Shown here piece after piece: positions 58,187 to 64,000 of a stretch of DNA of 64,000 bases. The position numbers were made by a program, and so were the translations under genes. The notes under the pieces are model-generated. The model had not been told where the DNA came from. It searched no databases and saw nothing but the letters and a program-made list of their open reading frames with translations. Within the stretch, counting starts at the first letter, position 1. Each line of letters opens with the position of its first letter. Origin of the DNA: Candidatus Bathyarchaeia archaeon. GTDB taxonomy: Archaea > Thermoproteota > Bathyarchaeia > Bathyarchaeales > Bathycorpusculaceae. Location of the stretch: assembly GCA_049521795.1 (NCBI GenBank), contig JBEKOM010000007.1, positions 26,233-90,232 of the forward strand, given 5' to 3'.

Positions 58187-58545
58187 CTTCCCTCAGTCTG
58201 AAGCTTCATCAGTAGCCGCACAACAACTTCATACGGCATCTTGCGAATGTCCTCGACTTTCAAGCCTTCATTCGCCGGGCTAAGCTGCTTAAAGAGTAGT
58301 TGGATGCTTCTGTCTCTGTTGTCTTTATGCTTCTCGATTATCTCGTTAAGCTCATCGTAGCTCAGCAGCACATAGCGAATCGTTCCCAAGTCCTCATCAA
58401 CGATTTCCCTGACTTCCTTAGCCTTCCGCACGATCTCTTTCGGGTCAAAGATTCTTACTCTTGCAAGCCTCTCAGCTTCTGAAGCATTAAGAGCTTCTTC
58501 CATCTCTGTGGCTTTTCCCCAGTCTATCTTCTCATTTTGACTCAT
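58081..58545 (-). CDS. tail assembly chaperone (gpG-like)
   Basis: Between tail tube and tape measure genes; T7 slippery site at 58180-58186. Confidence 0.85.
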   Translation of the reverse strand: MSQNEKIDWGKATEMEEALNASEAERLARVRIFDPKEIVRKAKEVREIVDEDLGTIRYVLLSYDELNEIIEKHKDNRDRSIQLLFKQLSPANEGLKVEDIRKMPYEVVVRLLMKLQTEGSFFQRPQKPSQNGSQTTEERRPSDSSRMSTVTHFK

Positions 58546-58573
58546 GCTTATTTATACCTCCATTATTGAAACT

Positions 58574-58609
58574 CTGGCGCCAAATGCGCCGGGAAAAGAA
58601 AAAAGAAAA
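58574..58609 (-). terminator. U-rich tract plus hairpin after the tail tube gene
   Basis: TTTTCTTTTTTCTTTT then CCGGCGC-ATTTG-GCGCCAG on the minus strand. Confidence 0.5.
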
Positions 58610-58619
58610 GGATGATTGC

Positions 58620-59021
58620 TTAGAAAGTGCTTACTATTCGGTCGTTTCCTTCGCCTGTTATCTTCTGGCCTACTATGCCTTTCTGGTCAACTTTGATGTT
58701 ATGAGCTATCAAGACGACGTTCTTTATGGTTATCTTTGGCAAGCCGACGCTTGTACCTGCTGGACCAATGACGAAGTCCACAACTTGGTTTCCGTACATA
58801 ACTTGGGCGAAGAAAGTGTCTATGTACATTCGGTCAACTGCGATTTTGAAGCTTTTGTTACCTGCTGCTAGAAGCGCTGGGTGGTCACTGTTAAGCTGGA
58901 ACTCTTTTATGAGGTCTGCTGTAACGTCTTCTGTGACTCCTTGAGCGTAGCCGATGGTTGTCGCCGTACCGCCAGAAACATACTGGACAACGGCATTACG
59001 ACCTATCAATGGAGTGCTCAT
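58620..59021 (-). CDS. major tail tube protein
   Basis: 133 aa beta-sandwich pattern; position upstream of the chaperone. Confidence 0.75.
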   Translation of the reverse strand: MSTPLIGRNAVVQYVSGGTATTIGYAQGVTEDVTADLIKEFQLNSDHPALLAAGNKSFKIAVDRMYIDTFFAQVMYGNQVVDFVIGPAGTSVGLPKITIKNVVLIAHNIKVDQKGIVGQKITGEGNDRIVSTF

Positions 59022-59539
59022 GCTTTTTTCACCTCTGTTAAGTCTTTTTTTATGAGATTCATAAGGAAGTTCGCGAGAACCATGTTCAGGAAATCTTCCC
59101 TATGAGCGTTAAAGTACTCCTCCGAAACGGCACCTCTCAAATCAAAATGCCACTGGGAAAAGACAAGCCACCTACATTCTTCAAAGCTTAATGTTTCAAG
59201 TCGGTGACCAAGTTCTTTTCTGACAAGCAGCATAGCAAGGCCGAGCCACTGTCTGTAGTAGCGATCGTCTTCGCTGAAGTAGACAAGCAGTTTCCGAGAG
59301 AGTTGCAAGAGCCGTTGAAAGTTCCTATCTTTCAAGCCATCCAGAGTTTGATATGGCATATCATCGAAGCGCCCAGCACGGACTTCTGTCTCATAGGCCT
59401 CGTCAAGCTGGTCAAACACTTTTTGAACTATCACTGTCTGCGGATAAGTAGGCTTCATTTCTGGCATTAAGTAGTTGAGAACACGAACACTGAAGTTAAC
59501 AAAGTTCTTTCTCCAATGCAGCTTCGCCCACTTATCCAA
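59018..59539 (-). CDS. viral hypothetical protein
   Basis: 173 aa helical protein, translationally coupled in the operon. Confidence 0.7.
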   Translation of the reverse strand: MDKWAKLHWRKNFVNFSVRVLNYLMPEMKPTYPQTVIVQKVFDQLDEAYETEVRAGRFDDMPYQTLDGLKDRNFQRLLQLSRKLLVYFSEDDRYYRQWLGLAMLLVRKELGHRLETLSFEECRWLVFSQWHFDLRGAVSEEYFNAHREDFLNMVLANFLMNLIKKDLTEVKKA

Positions 59540-59924
59540 GTACTATGCCACTCTCCTGGGCTGATTGTATGACGGCGTTAGCCAGCTCCTGCGGCAGCTC
59601 ACCTTGATGCTGCCCGATCGCACGGGTCATATATAGCCGCGCATGCATTCTGAACGTGCCCCACTCGACATATCCGGCGTAAGGAGCACGGGCATAAATC
59701 GTGAAAGCCCACCTTGCGAGGGCTTCAGCGCCGATTGTGCTGAGAAGAAAGCCAGTACGAACTGGGACCAGGATCCTAGCAGTGTCTAAGATTCTGTTCA
59801 CGACAGCTTCAATGGCTGCCATAATGTTTCTATCAAGCGCCCCTGGGAAGGCTGACTGCAGAGCAGCTGAGAGCTGGTCAGCATAAGCAACTGTGCACTC
59901 TATACGTGCGCTCACAGAAGCCAC
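59532..59924 (-). CDS. HK97 gp10-like tail completion protein
   Basis: VPVRTGFLLSTI, YAGYVEWGT and M.AR.YM..A motifs; GTG start approximate. Confidence 0.85.
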   Translation of the reverse strand: MASVSARIECTVAYADQLSAALQSAFPGALDRNIMAAIEAVVNRILDTARILVPVRTGFLLSTIGAEALARWAFTIYARAPYAGYVEWGTFRMHARLYMTRAIGQHQGELPQELANAVIQSAQESGIVLG

Positions 59925-59925
59925 C

Positions 59926-60366
59926 TTAACTTGAGACGTTAAAGCTCCTGCACTTGACTTGAATTGCGAGGCGAGCGAGGTCTGGACTTTCAGCTTTCGT
60001 ATGCTCTCGCATCGGGTAAACATCAACACATCCTGAGAATGAAAACTCGTTAGCGTGGATGATTCTGTAAACCTCTTTCCGCATGTTTTCCCTGGCGTCT
60101 AGCGCCTGCTGAACAGTACCAGAGCCGACTTTTACGACTATGTCAATTACGACATCTTCAACCATCTGCCAGACTTCACGGGCCAATGCTTCGGACGCAA
60201 CTGGGCCGCCAGGGTTATAGCAGGCTATAGCGTAAGAACTAGCCAGCTTCTGAAAGTCCATCGTCTGAAACCGCGTCGTTGCCCAATAAATCTGGCCAGA
60301 AGTCGGAGATGAGAGGCCCCACTTTGCCTGAAGCATCGTACTTACGATTTGAGCCGTGTCTGTCAC
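59926..60366 (-). CDS. tail terminator candidate
   Basis: 146 aa alpha/beta protein in the neck region. Confidence 0.55.
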   Translation of the reverse strand: MTDTAQIVSTMLQAKWGLSSPTSGQIYWATTRFQTMDFQKLASSYAIACYNPGGPVASEALAREVWQMVEDVVIDIVVKVGSGTVQQALDARENMRKEVYRIIHANEFSFSGCVDVYPMREHTKAESPDLARLAIQVKCRSFNVSS

Positions 60367-60569
60367 GGTAAGTTCACGACCTCAACTGTATCGCCGTTGT
60401 CAATATGCTGCTGATACTGGGCTGAAGTTAGTAGCTGGCGATAGCCGTTAACTTTCGCAACGATATAGTTTCCCGTGTAAAGCGTCTGCCCAGAAGGCTG
60501 GGATGGAACGCTGTAATCAACAGCTGTTCCGGCGCTTGATGCAAGAGTCGGCCCCATATCGCTGCTCAT
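60363..60569 (-). CDS. small viral protein
   Basis: 68 aa with overlapping start/stop codons. Confidence 0.6.
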   Translation of the reverse strand: MSSDMGPTLASSAGTAVDYSVPSQPSGQTLYTGNYIVAKVNGYRQLLTSAQYQQHIDNGDTVEVVNLP

Positions 60570-61027
60570 GGACTTGCCAAGCCTCCGCGATAAGTCGGCA
60601 CTTGGCTGCCCAGCGACGCATCACCCGTTTTCACAGGCGTGCTGATCTGTGTCATCATCTTCACAAGGTCTGCTTTGAGTTGGTCCATCGTCCGCAGAAG
60701 TGATGCTGCGTAAGGCATGTGCCTGATGACGCGCATGTCTCCAAGGAAATAGTCGAAAGCGCCGGTGAGCACACCGTTGCTTGAGACTACGAGAATGCGA
60801 AGGCAGGCGACGTTGAGCGCTGCGAGCTTTGCTGTTGGGTAAAGCGGGTCGCTAGTCGCCAAGTCTCTGCCTAAGATTCCGTTTATGTAACTGTTCGCAT
60901 AGTCTGTGTGCGCCTGCATCGTTGCGTCTAAGATTGTGAGACCGTACACTGTGTAGGTGTGCACACCGTCAAACGTCGCGTTAAGCTGCGCCTGAACGTC
61001 GCTTATTTGAATATATGTTACTGTCAT
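60566..61027 (-). CDS. head-tail connector/adaptor
   Basis: Y...SDV...ANSYIN..L helical pattern typical of gp6/gp15/Mu gp36-type adaptors. Confidence 0.7.
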   Translation of the reverse strand: MTVTYIQISDVQAQLNATFDGVHTYTVYGLTILDATMQAHTDYANSYINGILGRDLATSDPLYPTAKLAALNVACLRILVVSSNGVLTGAFDYFLGDMRVIRHMPYAASLLRTMDQLKADLVKMMTQISTPVKTGDASLGSQVPTYRGGLASP

Positions 61028-61111
61028 GTTTTCACCTTATCTACTCTGAAACGCAAATCAAAAAAGGGAAAGGCTTTTTTGCCTTACTCTCCTGCTTCGT
61101 TGGTCCTCGGT

Positions 61112-61630
61112 CTATTTTTGAGCTACTGCAAGGGCGTTATCAAGCCACTTCTCAGCATCAGTGACTGAAGCGAACCCCATTATCACGATTCCCTTTGTAA
61201 TAGGGTTGAAGACAGTGTATCCATAAGAAGTGGTCTGGCTTGCGGCTGTTCCAATTTGATAGCCCTTATACGATTCTACTGACGTGAATACTGGCTGCGC
61301 CGACGATGAAGATGGCGTTGAGGTCGTTGTTGTCGTTGTTGTTGATGTGTTTGTGGAGCTTATCGCTGTTTTCAAGCCACGAATCCAGTCGAGAGCTATA
61401 GCTATGACTGCGGTTGTCTCGCTGTTGAGGTTTGCGCCACCTGCAAGAATGACGAAAACGGTTTCCCATAGGCCAAACGTCACAAGAAACTGGCTGCCTG
61501 AGTAGGGAAGAATTTTCTTAGCCTCAAAGCAGTTGTATATGTAGCCGCCCAAGTTTCGGATGACTGCGAGAATGGCCGCGACGAAAATGGGGTTTTGCAA
61601 TATAGGTGAATTAAGTAGATTTTCAAACAT
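61112..61630 (-). CDS. viral membrane protein with Thr/Ser linker
   Basis: About three N-terminal TM segments, a poly-Thr/Ser linker and its own GGAGGTGA SD. Confidence 0.7.
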   Translation of the reverse strand: MFENLLNSPILQNPIFVAAILAVIRNLGGYIYNCFEAKKILPYSGSQFLVTFGLWETVFVILAGGANLNSETTAVIAIALDWIRGLKTAISSTNTSTTTTTTTSTPSSSSAQPVFTSVESYKGYQIGTAASQTTSYGYTVFNPITKGIVIMGFASVTDAEKWLDNALAVAQK

Positions 61631-61708
61631 TACTATTCACCTCCACTGAGGTTTATTTTGTTGCCACGCAATGTTCCGCCTATCCCGCTTGTGGACAGGC
61701 TTTAGAAC

Positions 61709-61733
61709 AAAAATGGAAAGAAAAAGAGGGAAA
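61709..61733 (-). terminator. U-rich archaeal terminator after the major capsid gene
   Basis: TTTCCCTCTTTTTCTTTCCATTTTT on the minus strand. Confidence 0.5.
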
Positions 61734-61747
61734 CTAGATTACTGAGT

Positions 61748-62641
61748 TTATATCGTTGCTAATCCAGTGAGCTGGGCGATGCATTCTCCGTTCAGCACGA
61801 CAGGCGCGTATCTTGTGGTGAGTTCAACGTCAACGCTGTCAAACTCTTTCTTGGGGTCCAAGTCCGTCATCAGCGGTCTTTTGATCACGAAGAATCCGAG
61901 CGGCGCGTAGCTTGAACTCAAGTTCTGCCCTGTGCTTATGACGTAGGCTGTTCCTGCTGAGACGACGTTGCTGACGTACAGGTTTAGGCCGTAGACGGTG
62001 CCGATGGCTCCGGTTTGCACTACAGGTTCGCCGTACTGGCTGGCAAGCGTGAACTGGGGCAAGTACTTGAGATCGCGAGCCTGAATCGGGTTGCATAGAA
62101 GAGAGTCAGCGATGAAGTTCTTACTCGCTATTGCAGCCTCTGCCTTCAAGATGTCTTTGGTGCCTATTCCGCCTGTGATGGTGAACTCTGTGCCCGTGGC
62201 GCCCAAGCTTATCCCTGTTCCTGCTGAAGTCCATGCGGCGGCGGCAGCGATAGCATTCATGCAATCAAGGTCTATCTGGTAGGCGACACGTCTTGCCAGA
62301 CGCCTCAGCTGCTGTTCAATCACTGGAATATACAAGTCTTCAATGTTCTCTCTGCTTATGCGCTCTCTCGCGCCTTTCTTGTACGGTGTAACTGTCACCG
62401 TGCTAAGCGGCGTGAAATCCATCATGATCTCGGAGCCCTCCGCGATCTCCGTAATGCCTATGCTTCTTGAACCGCTTTCTTTCACAAAGGTTGCTGTTCT
62501 CCCCACAACTATGGGAAACTCTGGCAAGAGCCTCTTGACGACAAGTGCAGGCATAGTCAATTCGATGATCTTCTTATGTAAAGTCGGATACTGGACGGCG
62601 CCAGTATCTATCCATGAAAGTGCGTCTCTTATGAAAGACAT
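61748..62641 (-). CDS. major capsid protein, HK97 fold
   Basis: EIAEGSEI...KKGARERISRENIED...QID...NP...GTVYGLNLYVS...RYAPVV pattern. Confidence 0.9.
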   Translation of the reverse strand: MSFIRDALSWIDTGAVQYPTLHKKIIELTMPALVVKRLLPEFPIVVGRTATFVKESGSRSIGITEIAEGSEIMMDFTPLSTVTVTPYKKGARERISRENIEDLYIPVIEQQLRRLARRVAYQIDLDCMNAIAAAAAWTSAGTGISLGATGTEFTITGGIGTKDILKAEAAIASKNFIADSLLCNPIQARDLKYLPQFTLASQYGEPVVQTGAIGTVYGLNLYVSNVVSAGTAYVISTGQNLSSSYAPLGFFVIKRPLMTDLDPKKEFDSVDVELTTRYAPVVLNGECIAQLTGLATI

Positions 62642-62653
62642 TCAAACCACCCT

Positions 62654-63040
62654 TTACCAGAGGTCGCAGATCGCTGTGCCAGCGCTGTTGCCGCCTTGAA
62701 CACAGACGCCGAGGATCGTCGCGTTCTTGCTGCTGTTGTCCTGAATCGCTGTTCCGCCTGAAGCTGCTGAGCCGAACTGGTCGCCTGCGGATAGGCTCGA
62801 GTATGGGACTATTCTGCATCTTCCTCTTGCGACGATACTGATCTTTTGACCGTTGTACGCTTTGGTTAATGTTACGCCTGCGATCTTCGTGCTGTTCTGA
62901 GTTGTGCATTTCTTAACAGTGTTGTCTGCTGTGATCTCGACAAACACGCCAACCGCCAGGAGATCTTCGCCTGCGATGTACGTGTTGATGAAACGATCTG
63001 CTATCAGCGGTGTTGTTCCTTCTAATGGCCATGTTGACAA
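62654..63040 (-). CDS. capsid cement/decoration protein (DUF2190-like)
   Basis: AGEDL..G.FV...IAGV...G..LSAGD pattern, directly upstream of the major capsid gene. Confidence 0.75.
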   Translation of the reverse strand: MSTWPLEGTTPLIADRFINTYIAGEDLLAVGVFVEITADNTVKKCTTQNSTKIAGVTLTKAYNGQKISIVARGRCRIVPYSSLSAGDQFGSAASGGTAIQDNSSKNATILGVCVQGGNSAGTAICDLW

Positions 63041-63052
63041 AATTGTTCACCT

Positions 63053-64000
63053 TTACTTCATTCCCTTGAGCTTTGAGTTAGCCTTCATGATATCCTTGAA
63101 CCACTCGTAGCTTCCCAGAACATCCTTATTGGCCTCGTCAACTGCGACGATTCCGTGACCGCTTGCACGCTTCGCCTCAGGAGCAGTTTTCGTTCCAGCG
63201 TCCTCATCACCCTCTTCAGCCTCTTCTGCGCCTTCTTCAGCATTGATGCCTTCGTCATTGAGTTTCTTGCTGAGCTCGCTGATCTTCTTGCTGAGGCTTC
63301 TCTTTGTTGCTCGCTTTGAGAGTTCGCTTTCGAGTTCTGCGACTTTTTTGTTGAGGGCATCCACCTCGGCTTCTGATGCTGAAGGCGACTGTCTGATCTT
63401 GTTTTCTAGCTGAGTCAACTGATTCATAAGGTCTTCATATTCAACCTGCTTCGGTGCCGTTTCCCCTGGTGCTACGTTTACTACGCCTTGTGCTTGATGT
63501 GGAGAAGCCGCTTGCTGAGCATTCTCAGACAAGAGCTTCACCTCCTTCGTTTCATTCTGTTTGTTTTCAGGTTCTTGCAGCTCTCGCTTAGAACCCACAT
63601 CTTCGTTACTTTTCAGTAACTGTGAACAATGAGCGCATGGAAACTCGATCTTCTGTGATTCATTCATCGCTGCTGCGAAGCCAACGGGCTTGAACTCGGT
63701 CTTCTGATAAGCTGGGCTCGCCACGATGCTAAGTTCTCTGACCTTCGGCTTGTGGACGATTTCCCAAGCGCCTGGGCAGAGGTGCACGAGCATCCCCTCC
63801 TTCCGTGTGGGCCGCTTACACTTGCTACATTCTACATCATCACTATCAACTTGAACGCTGACGTGTGTCAAGTAACCCCGAAGAACCTTCTCAATTATCG
63901 GTAGATCGCCGATCTCCGCTCTGAACCAAGCAGTATTCCCGATCCTCTTGCCTTCAGGAACTCTACCGATAACAGCCAAGGCACTTTCTGCATGATCAAT
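63053..64000 (-). CDS. prohead protease-scaffold protein (5' end outside the window)
   Basis: The frame is open from 64000 (IDHAESALAVIGRV); HVSVQ Ser, ELSIVASPAY and a C-terminal coiled coil. Confidence 0.85.
   Translation of the reverse strand: MDHAESALAVIGRVPEGKRIGNTAWFRAEIGDLPIIEKVLRGYLTHVSVQVDSDDVECSKCKRPTRKEGMLVHLCPGAWEIVHKPKVRELSIVASPAYQKTEFKPVGFAAAMNESQKIEFPCAHCSQLLKSNEDVGSKRELQEPENKQNETKEVKLLSENAQQAASPHQAQGVVNVAPGETAPKQVEYEDLMNQLTQLENKIRQSPSASEAEVDALNKKVAELESELSKRATKRSLSKKISELSKKLNDEGINAEEGAEEAEEGDEDAGTKTAPEAKRASGHGIVAVDEANKDVLGSYEWFKDIMKANSKLKGMK

Larger units (their letters stand above)
46659..64000. mobile_element. integrated tailed (HK97-fold, siphovirus-like) archaeal provirus; continues beyond the window, left boundary approximate
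   Basis: Contiguous minus-strand head-neck-tail operon plus two tyrosine recombinases; no sheath gene; no tRNA att site recognised. Confidence 0.9.

Overview
Archaeal chromosomal segment. Bathyarchaeia is inferred, not proven, from PurP, a SAMP/MoaD-like protein, a glutaredoxin-like PDO, cohesin/dockerin and PEF-CTERM-like proteins, TATA boxes and GGAGGTG Shine-Dalgarno sites. There are three zones. (1) A core-like block at ~6.7-26 kb holds the methylmalonyl-CoA mutase/epimerase/transcarboxylase-like cluster, class II ribonucleotide reductase and CopA. (2) Mosaic accessory patches at ~1.6-6 kb and ~26-46.6 kb consist of small single genes, TA modules and gene fragments. Their junctions are almost always marked by short (CG)n runs, and they carry about nine copies of a quasi-palindromic GGGTAAAGTTTTATCC site with shuffled low-complexity arms. 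(3) An integrated HK97-fold tailed virus (siphovirus-like) runs from ~46.66 kb past the window end. It has two tandem tyrosine recombinases, an ABC-ATPase/GNAT fusion and a tail chaperone with a -1 frameshift. The most interesting signal is the CG-run/palindrome junction grammar, which brackets recognisable fragments of other genes, including a remnant of the proviral ATPase-GNAT gene 47 kb away. All calls come from motif reading only; no database searches were run.
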